From Pseudomonadota bacterium (GTDB lineage: Bacteria > Planctomycetota > UBA8108 > UBA1146), in the NCBI GenBank assembly GCA_017859655.1, contig JAFMMO010000003.1:1-47598 (forward strand): a DNA stretch of 47,598 nucleotides, given 5' to 3'. Position 1 is the stretch's first letter, and the number at the start of each line of letters is the position of its first letter. The notes beneath the pieces are model-generated. The model worked only from the letters and a program-made list of their open reading frames with translations, did not search any database and had not been told where the DNA came from. Positions 18,496-27,577 of the stretch are shown piece after piece. The translations under genes and the position numbers were made by a program.

Positions 18496-19178
18496 GCCGC
18501 CGCCTCCTCGAGGATCACTCCGTCGCGAATGTGCACCTGTCGCCCCGCTCCGCGGGCGATCTCCTCGTCGTGGGTGATCATCACGATCGTCCGCCCCTGG
18601 GCGTGGAGCTCGTGCATCAGCGCGAGGACATCCTCGCCGGTCGCGGTGTCGAGGTTCCCGGTGGGCTCGTCCGCGAGGAGCATGACCGGATCGTTGACGA
18701 GGGCCCGCGCGATCGCGACCCGCTGCCGCTCCCCGCCGGAGAGCTGGTTCGGGAGATGCCCGAGGCGATGGGAGAGCCCGACCGCATCGAGGAGCTCGCG
18801 GCACCGCGCCTCGGAGGAGGCTCCGTCATGGGGGTGGTAGAGTCGCGGCACCGCCACGTTCTCCAGCACGGTCAGCTGGGGGATCAGGTTGAAGCTCTGG
18901 AAGATGAAGCCGATGTCCTGATTGCGCTTCTCGGAGAGCTCATCGTCCCCGATCGTCGACACATCCCGGCCGTCGAGGAGGTAGCTCCCCTCGGTGGGAC
19001 GATCGAGGCATCCGAGGAGATTCAGGAGGGTGGACTTCCCGGAGCCGGACTGTCCGGTGATCGAGACGTACTCCCCGGTCCTCACGGTGAGGTCGATCCC
19101 CTTGAGGACATGAAGTCGGGCCGACCCCTCTCCGAAGAACTTGTGAATCCCCCGCAGCTCGATGACGGCTTCACTCAC
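18492..19178 (-). CDS. ABC transporter ATP-binding protein (LolD/MacB type)
   Basis: GQSGSGKST, IGFIFQSFNL, LSGGERQRVAIARAL, ADEPTGNLD, ITHD. GTGA overlap with the upstream gene. Confidence 0.95.
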   Translation of the reverse strand: MSEAVIELRGIHKFFGEGSARLHVLKGIDLTVRTGEYVSITGQSGSGKSTLLNLLGCLDRPTEGSYLLDGRDVSTIGDDELSEKRNQDIGFIFQSFNLIPQLTVLENVAVPRLYHPHDGASSEARCRELLDAVGLSHRLGHLPNQLSGGERQRVAIARALVNDPVMLLADEPTGNLDTATGEDVLALMHELHAQGRTIVMITHDEEIARGAGRQVHIRDGVILEEAAA

Positions 19179-20788
19179 GGCTGCGGACGCCCTCTCGGTC
19201 CGCCAGCTCCGGAGCCGCCGCTGCCGCCGGCCCCGGCGCCGCCCGGCGGGCGACCGCCGCGACGCCCGCCCACGCCTCCCTCGGGCCGCCTCCGCTCGGT
19301 CGTCGGCGCCGCCTGCTCCTCGCGGCCGGAGGCGCCGGCGGACTCGACCTGCGCGGCGTCCGGCTCGTAGAGGAGGATCTCATCCCCCGGGGAGAGCCCC
19401 TCGAGGATCTCCAGGTAGGACTCGTTCGAGCGACCGACCCGCACCCGGCTCTCCACCACCAGCCCGTCCTTCCGCTGATAGCAGAAGAACCGGCCCTGAC
19501 GGGAGTGCACCGCCTGCAGGGGGACATAGATCACATCGTTCATCTCACCGATGCGGATGTCGACCGAGGCGCTGGTGCCCGGCTTGAGGTCGAGCTCCTG
19601 GCCGCCGAGCTGGATCTCCACCTTGAAGCGGCGGATCTGATCCCCCCAGCGGCGGTTGCCGGCGTTGGCGACGGAGTCGATCTTCGCGACCTCCCCGTTG
19701 AAGGACTTCCCCTTCTTCGTCTCGGAGCGGATCGTGGCCGGCATGCCGACCCGGAGCTTGTCGATGTCCGCCTCGTGCACGTTGATCTGGACCGCCATCT
19801 CGGTGGGGTCGGGGATCGTGACGATGATCTGCCCCTGGTACACGTTGTTGCCGACCCGGATGTCCTCGGAGTCCCAGGAGCGATCCGGGTCTCCGTAGAG
19901 CACGACACCATCCGCCGGCGCGTCCAGGGACATCTTCTCGAGGTCGGCGAGGTCGACCAGCAGCTCCTGCCGCTCGCGGGCGAGGCGACGCTGCTTCTGG
20001 TTCACCTGCGCCTTCTTCCCCTCGAGGCGCGCCTCGGCCTGGTTCGTGGCCCGAAGGATCCCGCGCTCCGCTTCGGTGACGGCCGCCTCCTTCTGCCGGA
20101 TGTCGAGGGGCTTCTGGTACTTCAGGTAGAGGTCCTTGTTCTGGCGCGCGGTGCGAAGGGACTCCTCCGCCTTGAACTTCTTGATGCGCTCATCTTCGAA
20201 CTGGTCCGCCGTGATGAACTCCTTCTCGAGCATCTTCGGCATCTCCTGGAAGCGCGCCTTCGCCCGCTCGAACTCGGAGTCGGCGGTGGTGATCGCGAGC
20301 TCCAGCTCCCGCTCCTTGGCGGGGATGTCCCCCTCCATCAGCTTGGCGAGCTCGGCGCGGGCGACCTCGAGCTGGAGCTGGGCCTTCTCCACATCGGTCT
20401 GGTTCTGCTCGATCTGGATCTGCTCCTCGGTGAGGGCCGCCTTCTCCTCCGACTCGAGCTGGATGATCAGGTTCTGGCGGTTCTCGACCTCCTGCGCGAG
20501 CTCGGAGCTGTCGAATTCCACCACGACCTCGCCGGTCGAGACGGTGCTGCCCTCCTCGATGAGCCACTTGATCGGCACCCGGCGCTCGACCTGGGAGGAG
20601 ACCTGCGCCGCGTTCCGCGTGCTCAGGGTGCCCCGCTCGGTGAGGGAGATGACGAGGTCGCCCTGCTGGACGGTGTAGGTGCCCCCGGTCGCGGACTCCA
20701 CGCCCGTGCCCATGGTGGCCGCCCCACCCTGCCAGAGATAGAAGCCCCCGCCGGCGACGAGGAGTGCGAGGACGAGTACGATTCTCAT
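19175..20788 (-). CDS. Efflux periplasmic adaptor (MacA/HlyD-like membrane fusion protein) with long coiled coil
   Basis: N-terminal membrane anchor, lipoyl half-motifs (IEEGSTV, APADGVV), VHEADIDKLRVGM, LKPGTSA, GLSPGDEI. Confidence 0.88.
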   Translation of the reverse strand: MRIVLVLALLVAGGGFYLWQGGAATMGTGVESATGGTYTVQQGDLVISLTERGTLSTRNAAQVSSQVERRVPIKWLIEEGSTVSTGEVVVEFDSSELAQEVENRQNLIIQLESEEKAALTEEQIQIEQNQTDVEKAQLQLEVARAELAKLMEGDIPAKERELELAITTADSEFERAKARFQEMPKMLEKEFITADQFEDERIKKFKAEESLRTARQNKDLYLKYQKPLDIRQKEAAVTEAERGILRATNQAEARLEGKKAQVNQKQRRLARERQELLVDLADLEKMSLDAPADGVVLYGDPDRSWDSEDIRVGNNVYQGQIIVTIPDPTEMAVQINVHEADIDKLRVGMPATIRSETKKGKSFNGEVAKIDSVANAGNRRWGDQIRRFKVEIQLGGQELDLKPGTSASVDIRIGEMNDVIYVPLQAVHSRQGRFFCYQRKDGLVVESRVRVGRSNESYLEILEGLSPGDEILLYEPDAAQVESAGASGREEQAAPTTERRRPEGGVGGRRGGRPPGGAGAGGSGGSGAGGPRGRPQP

Positions 20789-22434
20789 TCTTCCACCTGT
20801 CCCGAGTCGTCGACGAAGAGGAGCCCGAGCTGACGCAGGAGGGTCAGGCGGGCGATCTCATGGTCGACGATCCGATCGAGCTGCTGGTTCTGGGCGTCGG
20901 TCAACTGGTCGGCGGCCTCCGTGACATCGCGGTTCGTCGCGAGACCGGACTCGAACTCGAGGCTCGCCTTCTCCAGCGAGAGCTCGAGGGATCGGATCTC
21001 CTTCTCACCGATCTCGATCTGGGTCCTCCGCTGCCGGAGGGTCCCGAGGGAGTTTCGCACCTCGAGGATGACCTGGTCCTCGGTCCGGTCGAGGTCCCGC
21101 TCCGCCTGGAGGAGCGAGATCTCCGCCGAGCGCAGGGAGGCCCGCTCCGACTTCCGGTCGAAGGGGATCTCGAGCGCGAAGCCGATGGAGGCGGCATCCC
21201 GCTCGTGGAAGTCGAGCTGTCGCAGGCTGCTCTGGGAGTCGCTGCTCGTCGACCACGATGCGCTCAGGTTGAAGTTCGGCAGGATCCGGTCCCGAGCGAT
21301 CGTCACCGAGCGGCGCTGGTCCTCCAGGCGATCCCGCTCGGTCACGAGGTCGAGCCGGTTGTGGAGGGCGGCGCGCACTGCGGCATCCAGATCGAGGGCG
21401 AGCTCGTTGAGATCGGGGAAGGTGTCCTCGACGTCGAACTCCACCTCGGTGGGGAGGCCGAGGTCGATCTTGAATCGGTCCAGGGCGACCGCGAAGCCCT
21501 GCTCGGCGGAGAGGTACTGATCCTGCGCCTGCAGGAGGGACTGCTCGGCCCGGAAGACGCTGAGGGAGTCTCCACGCCCGAGGCGGAAGAGAGCCTGTGC
21601 CTGGTCGTAGGCGAACTGCTGCCGCTCGATGTTCTGGCGCGTGTTCTCGAGCTGCTGCTCCTGGGAGAGCAGCGCGTAGTAGTCGTCGATGATCCGGATG
21701 ACGAAGTCCTGACGGAAGAGCTCGAAGCTCCGCGCCTCGTACAGGAGGGAGCGCTCCGCCTGGGTCAGCCCCTCGAAGGCGATGGCGTTCCCCGCTCCCC
21801 GCAGAAGCGGTTGGGAGAAGGAGACGGTCGTGCCGCCGGAGACGCTCTGATCCGGCCCGAGACCGTCGGAGACCCGGTCATAGCCCCAGGAGGTGTCCAC
21901 GCTCAGGGTTCCGCCCCCGAAGGTGAGGTAGCTGCCGCCGAGCGAGAGGGAGGCGACATCGGAGGAGCGCAGGTCGCTCGCGTCGGAGAGGGTGTAGTTC
22001 ACCGACCCGTCGAAGACCGGGCGCAGGAAGTCGCGACGCGTCACGCCCAGGTCGATGGCGGAGAGGAAGAGGGACTCCCGCCGCGCCTGGTACTCACGGC
22101 TGTGCTCGGTGGCGATGCGGATCGCATCGACGAGGCGCAGCGGATCGGGCACCTCGATGTCCGTGACCGGGGCCTCGCTCACCTCCGCCGGATCGGTGAC
22201 CCCCTCGAGGCGCGGGTCGATGAGCTCGTCCCGACGGAAGGCGGCGACCTCGGCGCGCTTCTCCGCCTCGATCGCCCGCCCCTCCTCGCTGGTGCGGCCC
22301 CCCCAGAGCCCGGCGCAGCCGCTGAGCGGCAGCAGCGCCGGCAGGAGCAGGACCAGCAGCACCCGGGAGCGGACCCGGGGAGGACGCGGAGCCATCCCGC
22401 GCTGCGAGCGATCCGGACGGCAGACGATGCGCAT
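20785..22434 (-). CDS. TolC-family outer membrane efflux lipoprotein
   Basis: Lipobox LSGC, FSQPLLRGAG, duplicated OEP helical repeats. ATG 22434 has SD GAGGAG. ATGA overlap with the MFP gene. Confidence 0.85.
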   Translation of the reverse strand: MRIVCRPDRSQRGMAPRPPRVRSRVLLVLLLPALLPLSGCAGLWGGRTSEEGRAIEAEKRAEVAAFRRDELIDPRLEGVTDPAEVSEAPVTDIEVPDPLRLVDAIRIATEHSREYQARRESLFLSAIDLGVTRRDFLRPVFDGSVNYTLSDASDLRSSDVASLSLGGSYLTFGGGTLSVDTSWGYDRVSDGLGPDQSVSGGTTVSFSQPLLRGAGNAIAFEGLTQAERSLLYEARSFELFRQDFVIRIIDDYYALLSQEQQLENTRQNIERQQFAYDQAQALFRLGRGDSLSVFRAEQSLLQAQDQYLSAEQGFAVALDRFKIDLGLPTEVEFDVEDTFPDLNELALDLDAAVRAALHNRLDLVTERDRLEDQRRSVTIARDRILPNFNLSASWSTSSDSQSSLRQLDFHERDAASIGFALEIPFDRKSERASLRSAEISLLQAERDLDRTEDQVILEVRNSLGTLRQRRTQIEIGEKEIRSLELSLEKASLEFESGLATNRDVTEAADQLTDAQNQQLDRIVDHEIARLTLLRQLGLLFVDDSGQVEE

Positions 22435-22737
22435 CGGGTCTCCTCTCTCGGGGTCGGGAATGCTCCGTGCCTCCCCCCGCCCGCGACGGAGGGCTCGACT
22501 CACCCGGTCTTCGTTCCCCTAAGGAACTTGGATGCGGGGGGATCGAGGAGGATGGGAGGATTCCGGCGGGGCTCACACCGTCCAGCGAAGCGGTCCGGGC
22601 CCCTCGTTGCGAGACGGGCAGAAGGCGGTCAGGGTCGCGAAGATACCCGAGGACCTCCTCCGCCGCTAGAGGCCAGCAGGAGGGCTCACAACCACAAGCC
22701 CTTGTCTTGTTTTGACTTGGGAACGCCGCGGGGCGGA

Positions 22738-24237
22738 TCACCAGGGCTGGCCGGCGCGCTCCCGGGTGCCCTTCAGCTTGCCGGCATGAATCTTCCAGAA
22801 CCCGGCGTTCGTCCGGATCGCGCGGCTGACCGGGCGCTTGTTCAGATAGACAGCCGGCGTTCCGGGGATGCGAAGGACGTTCGCGGCCCCCCGCATGTCC
22901 TCGTCGATCCGGCGCTGCACCTCGGCCGAGCCCATGTCGGAGATGAAGCGACCCAGATCGAGACCGGTCTCCTGGGCCGCGGCGGTGTAGTCGACCGCCG
23001 CGAGCTCGGGGTAGCGCTCGTGCAGGTAGGCGTGCATCCGCCAGAAGGCGTCGTTCCCCTGGAGCCGGGCCGCCTCCAGTGCCTTGGCCCCCTTCAGACC
23101 CTCGGTGTGGTCGCTGCGGATGTAGTGCTTGTAGATCACCTCGAGATGCCCGTTGAAGATCCCCACCAGCTCATCCTCGAGGAACGCGTGGAACTTGTGG
23201 CAGTTCGGGCACTCCGGATCGCCGTAGACCACGACCTGCATGTAGTAACCGGTCCGACTCCGTGCGGTCCCGCTCTTGCGATCGATGAAGGTCGCCGGCT
23301 CGAGGCGCGGGTCATCGTCCCGAAGCGGGATCTCGAGCTTCCCCTGCTCCATGAAGGCCGCATCGAGGATCTCGATGTCCCCCGCGAACTCCTGCAGTCG
23401 GGCGTTCTCCTCCCGCAGAGCGGCGAGCTCGGTCCGCATCGCCGCGACCTCCGCATCGGTCGCGGGGCCCGCCGCGGCGAGCTCCGCCTCCAGAGTGGCG
23501 ATCCGGGTCTTGAGCTCCTCGTTCTGCACCACGAGGTCCGCCTCCCCCTCCGTCCCGGCCTGCAGCGCCCGCAGCTCCTCCGCCGCCTCGGCGTAGGCGC
23601 CGAGGAGGTGGCCGGCACGAACCGCCCGGTAGGAGTGCCATTCGGCGGCACAAACCGCGAGGACGAGCAGGCCGAGGGCGATCCCCAGCCGCGGATCGGG
23701 GAAGGGGAGGACCGGCTGCACCAGACCTTCCCCCTCCTGGGGGAACCCGGGTTCGGTCGGTCTCAGCCTCCAGAGGAGGAAGGCGACCGCGAAGTTGCAG
23801 AGGTGGGTCCCGAGGCAGAGGGGACAGGTGTGGCCGATGACCCCCCACATGATGCCGAGGAAGGTGAAGGAGCCGAGGACACCGACCGCGACGACCCCGA
23901 GGACCGCGGTGTGCAGTCGACGGACCGGCCAGGTCGGAGAGCCGACGAGACCGAGGTAGATCGCGAGAAAGGTCGCGTAGAAGAGGCCCAGCGCCGCCAC
24001 GGGGATGCGCCCGTCGCGCAGCTCCTCCCCGCTCACCCCCTCGGGCGCGAACGGGAAGTAGCCGTAGCGGGAGGTGATCACCTTGTCGCAGCCGACGCTC
24101 TCCGGTCCGCAGAGCTTGCCGAGCAGCCCGGGGTCGCTCGTGCCCCGGGCGTGCATGTCGAGGAGCTGGGATGAGAGGAGGAGCGCGACGAGGGCGAGGG
24201 CGAAGGCGGTCCAGCGGAGGATCTTCGGGTTCGTCAT
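22738..24237 (-). CDS. VKOR-family disulfide bond formation protein fused to a DsbA/thioredoxin-like domain
   Basis: VKOR loop cysteines (CGPESVGC..ITSRY), membrane CPLC, then a coiled coil, then GDPECPNC and cis-Pro GTPA of a DsbA fold. Confidence 0.85.
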   Translation of the reverse strand: MTNPKILRWTAFALALVALLLSSQLLDMHARGTSDPGLLGKLCGPESVGCDKVITSRYGYFPFAPEGVSGEELRDGRIPVAALGLFYATFLAIYLGLVGSPTWPVRRLHTAVLGVVAVGVLGSFTFLGIMWGVIGHTCPLCLGTHLCNFAVAFLLWRLRPTEPGFPQEGEGLVQPVLPFPDPRLGIALGLLVLAVCAAEWHSYRAVRAGHLLGAYAEAAEELRALQAGTEGEADLVVQNEELKTRIATLEAELAAAGPATDAEVAAMRTELAALREENARLQEFAGDIEILDAAFMEQGKLEIPLRDDDPRLEPATFIDRKSGTARSRTGYYMQVVVYGDPECPNCHKFHAFLEDELVGIFNGHLEVIYKHYIRSDHTEGLKGAKALEAARLQGNDAFWRMHAYLHERYPELAAVDYTAAAQETGLDLGRFISDMGSAEVQRRIDEDMRGAANVLRIPGTPAVYLNKRPVSRAIRTNAGFWKIHAGKLKGTRERAGQPW

Positions 24238-24344
24238 TCGGGGCGGTCCCTTCCGGCGCAGTCCGGGGGGGATCGTAACGGATCCGCCCCGAGCCGCCAC
24301 ATCGCCCGCTGGATCCGCCGCGCCGGGGTCGGAGACGACCGGTC

Positions 24345-24854
24345 TCAGTGCCCCTCGAGGGCATCATCGTCGTGGAACGCGAGCCCGTGCCCCGGCCCGG
24401 CGACCGACTTCGCGATCCAGACGATCTGCCCCGTGTGCCAACCGAAGTGCTCCTGAACATGGAGGACCGCATCGAGCCCGGTGACCGGGAAGCCCTGGAT
24501 CGAGGTGTCGCGCAGGAGCGCCTCCTCATCGAGGGAGCGCAGCACCGGGAAGCTCGCGGTGACGGTCGCGCGGAGGTCGGCGAGGAGGGTGCCGGAGTCC
24601 GCCCCTCCTCGGGCGGAGAACTCCTGCTTGCGGGCCCGCGCGGTGGGTCCCCCCCCGAGCCCTCCGAGGAGCCACTGCCGGACGTTCCCCTCGAGGTGGA
24701 GGAGGAGGTTCCCGACCGAGGGGACATCCTCGTGCGGCCGCCACCAGAGGCGATCCGGAGGGAGGAGGGCGACCGCCGCCTCGAGGCGGGGGAGGTACTC
24801 CTCCTCGAAGCGGCGGATCGTCTCCTCCACGAGCCGCTCCCCGAGGAGGCTCAC
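24345..24854 (-). CDS. DinB/DUF1572-family metal-binding protein
   Basis: SVGNLLLHLEGNVRQW and HVQEHFGWHTGQI. GTG start overlaps the OPT stop (GTGA at 24851-24854). Confidence 0.85.
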   Translation of the reverse strand: MSLLGERLVEETIRRFEEEYLPRLEAAVALLPPDRLWWRPHEDVPSVGNLLLHLEGNVRQWLLGGLGGGPTARARKQEFSARGGADSGTLLADLRATVTASFPVLRSLDEEALLRDTSIQGFPVTGLDAVLHVQEHFGWHTGQIVWIAKSVAGPGHGLAFHDDDALEGH

Positions 24855-26755
24855 GCGTCTCCCGCCTCGACATCGGAGCCGGCCCGGTCCGCTCCCGTGG
24901 AGCGGGGTCGCCAGCGGCTCGCGTAGTTGAGGGTGACGCAGGTGAGGGTCGCCACGAGGAGCACCGCGCCGATCACCCAGGGGAGCCCGGCGTCGGTCGA
25001 GTAGCCCTCGGGGAGGGCGAGCTTCCCGCTCCAACCCGCGGACATCGAGATCCCGAGGATGAGCGCGGTGAAGGCGTAGCCGGTGATCAGCCCCGATGCG
25101 GTGAGGATGCCGGGGTGCGTGGAGTGGGAGATCCTGCGGGTCGCGATGAAGCGGGCGAGGGCACCGAGGAGGATCCCGCATCCGATGTCCGCCGGCAGGT
25201 AGATCCCCACCGCGAGGGCGAGGGAGCTGAGGAGCGCGCCCTTCCGCCGCCCGACCTCCTCGATGATGACCGCGAGGACGCCGAGCCCCGCGCCGACCCC
25301 GACCGGCCCCCACGGGATCGCCGAGTCGAGGAAGAGGGAGGCGAGGACGGTGCCGAAGAACGCGGCCTGAGGGCAGGGGATCTCCGCGCTGCCGAGGCCG
25401 CCGAGCTGGGCGTGAGCGATCTGGAGGGCGTAGGGGACGCTGAGCGCCCCCACGAGGAGTCCGACGATCTGACCGATCAGATGATCGGAGACGCGGAAAC
25501 GGCTGAGCTGCACCGTCTTGTAGTCCTGGCTCGCGTCGTTGGCGGCGCACACCGCGACGCAGGTGGCGACGACGACCGGCACGAGGAGGGCGATCCCGTC
25601 CATCCCCTCGAGTCCGATTCCGAGCGCGGTGAGGGAGAGGACGAGCATCCCCATGAAGGTGGTCCCGCTCACCGGTGACGCGGAGGCCCCGACCTGCAGG
25701 GAGAGGAGCGCACCGAGGCCGGAGAGGAACGCGGCGAGGACGAGGGCCACGACCCCCACCACGAGGAGCTGGAGCGCGCTGGCGCCCAGCATCCCCATCA
25801 GGAGGAGGAGCCCGATCGCGCCGATCCCGATCGAGGCGAGCTGACGACGGCGGACATCGGGGGGGATCCGGATCAGCTCCAGATCGACCTCCGCCGCCGC
25901 GGCCGAGCCCGCCCTGCGGCCCTCGAGCGCGTAGCGACCGAGGCTCCAGATGACCGCGACGCACATCGCGGCCCCCCCCACCCAGCGGAAGGTCTCGGAG
26001 GGGAGCCCGTGGGCGGAGGCGTAGCTCGTCACTCCCCCGTGGATCAGGCTTCCGCCGAAGATCATCAGCGCGGTGGGCAGGGTCAGCAGCGCGCCGATGC
26101 CGAGATAGACCGCCGAGGTGGGGATCGGCAGGGCGATGCCGCCCTCGCCCCAGCCGGGGAGGGAGACCCGCCCGAGCTTCTCCGGCAGCAGCTTCAGGGA
26201 ATGGCACGCCTTCAGCACCAGCCCGAGCAGCAGCCCGGGCACGAGGGAGGTCCAGACCGGCGGGCGATCCTCGGGGTTCTCGGCGGCGGTGTCGATGAGG
26301 CGATCGCACGCGACCGCCTCCGGCGCCGGCAGCTTCGGGTCGGTGAGGAACCGCTCGGTGGCGAGACCGACGAAGCCCCACCCGATGAAGGAGCCGACGA
26401 TCGAGGCGAGGATGAGGACGGAGACATCGACGGGCGGGATGTCGAGCCCCTGCTGCCGCGCGAGGACCTGAATGATCGGCGCGGTGAAGACGACCCCCGC
26501 GCTCACCGCGACTCCACCGGAGCCGGTGACCTGCAGCAGGGAGAGGAAGGGTCGGAGGCGCGCTCCGAGGAGCCGGCCGAAGCCGATCCACCCGAACAGT
26601 ACGACGAGCGGGCTCACCCCGGGGGAGATCCCCGCCTTCGCGGTGGCGATCACGATCGCCATCGAGAGGAGCCCGGACACGATCGCTCCGATCAGGATCG
26701 TGCGGATCCGCTCCTTCCGGGTGAGCGCGCCCGAGACCTCGGTCCTCGTGTTCAT
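24851..26755 (-). CDS. OPT/YSL-family oligopeptide transporter
   Basis: Many TM helices with LPAPEAVAC, SASPVSG, DASQDYKT, IPCPQA, LAVGIYLP and ASGLITG motifs. Confidence 0.88.
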   Translation of the reverse strand: MNTRTEVSGALTRKERIRTILIGAIVSGLLSMAIVIATAKAGISPGVSPLVVLFGWIGFGRLLGARLRPFLSLLQVTGSGGVAVSAGVVFTAPIIQVLARQQGLDIPPVDVSVLILASIVGSFIGWGFVGLATERFLTDPKLPAPEAVACDRLIDTAAENPEDRPPVWTSLVPGLLLGLVLKACHSLKLLPEKLGRVSLPGWGEGGIALPIPTSAVYLGIGALLTLPTALMIFGGSLIHGGVTSYASAHGLPSETFRWVGGAAMCVAVIWSLGRYALEGRRAGSAAAAEVDLELIRIPPDVRRRQLASIGIGAIGLLLLMGMLGASALQLLVVGVVALVLAAFLSGLGALLSLQVGASASPVSGTTFMGMLVLSLTALGIGLEGMDGIALLVPVVVATCVAVCAANDASQDYKTVQLSRFRVSDHLIGQIVGLLVGALSVPYALQIAHAQLGGLGSAEIPCPQAAFFGTVLASLFLDSAIPWGPVGVGAGLGVLAVIIEEVGRRKGALLSSLALAVGIYLPADIGCGILLGALARFIATRRISHSTHPGILTASGLITGYAFTALILGISMSAGWSGKLALPEGYSTDAGLPWVIGAVLLVATLTCVTLNYASRWRPRSTGADRAGSDVEAGDA

Positions 26756-27567
26756 CCCTCGTCCTCTCCGTCCGATCTTCCGACCCTCGAGGTGGCGCCT
26801 TCATCCCGGGAGACATCGGAGCGGGTCCGCTCCTCCTCCATCAACGCGCGCTCCCTCTCCTCGTGCCCTCGCCGCATCGCCTCCTCGAACCGCCTGCGGC
26901 GACTCGACGCGGATGCCTTCTCGACCTGCCCCCGGAGGAGGGCGGGGCCGAAGAAGAGGAGGTAGTTGAGGAAGGAGGCGAGGATGATGACCCGATCGGC
27001 GTAGTCCGCGGGCGCACCCCACGAACCCAGACCGAAGCGGTAGAGCGCGGTGAGCGCGGCGATCCATCCGATCCAGCGCGCCTTGACCGGGAGAATGCCG
27101 AAGAGGTTGATCGTGAACTCGGGATTGAGGGTCGCGAAGCCGAGGAGCACCGTGGTGTAGAGGTCGGAGAAGCCGCGCAGATGGACGTATCCGGGATCGA
27201 GCTGACCGGCGATCAGCGCTCCCACCAGCGTGAAGATCCAGGCGAAGAGCACGTAGAGGTTCAGTCGCATCGGCCCCCACTGCGACTGCAGGCCGGCGCA
27301 GAAGAGATGGAAGATCATCACGTAGAAGAGGAAGAAGATCGGATTCGTCGGCTCGGGGATCGCGAGGAACGAGACCGCCCGCCACACCTCCCCCTCGAGG
27401 AGCCTCGACGGCCAGAGCACCATCTGCTCGAACGCGCGGTTCGCGCGCTGGGGGTCGACCATCCCGACGAGGTAGAGCATCACCTGCGGCGCGAGGAGGA
27501 CGAAGGAGATGTTGTGGATCGCGTAACGGCCGAAGCGTCGCTCCAGATGGCGCAGCAGCCTCTCCAT
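26752..27567 (-). CDS. Rhomboid-superfamily (derlin-like) membrane protein, probably catalytically inactive
   Basis: LERRFGRYAI, GEVWRAVSFL (WR motif), FATLNPEFTINLFGILPVKARW. About 6 TMs and no evident TM6 His. ATG 27567 has SD GGAGG. Confidence 0.7.
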   Translation of the reverse strand: MERLLRHLERRFGRYAIHNISFVLLAPQVMLYLVGMVDPQRANRAFEQMVLWPSRLLEGEVWRAVSFLAIPEPTNPIFFLFYVMIFHLFCAGLQSQWGPMRLNLYVLFAWIFTLVGALIAGQLDPGYVHLRGFSDLYTTVLLGFATLNPEFTINLFGILPVKARWIGWIAALTALYRFGLGSWGAPADYADRVIILASFLNYLLFFGPALLRGQVEKASASSRRRRFEEAMRRGHEERERALMEEERTRSDVSRDEGATSRVGRSDGEDEG

Positions 27568-27577
27568 CGATCCCTCC

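Noticed and set aside
301-24174. Very long opposite-strand ORFs (e.g. 301-3546, 6985-10461, 11394-14264, 20764-24174; also 37997-40240)
   Set aside because: Antisense shadows of well-supported genes. Stops are scarce at this GC content, and the translations have no recognisable motifs.
24855-26816. 823-aa ORF 24345-26816 as one protein
   Set aside because: Only the last 169 codons are DinB-like. The rest overlaps the OPT gene in another frame.
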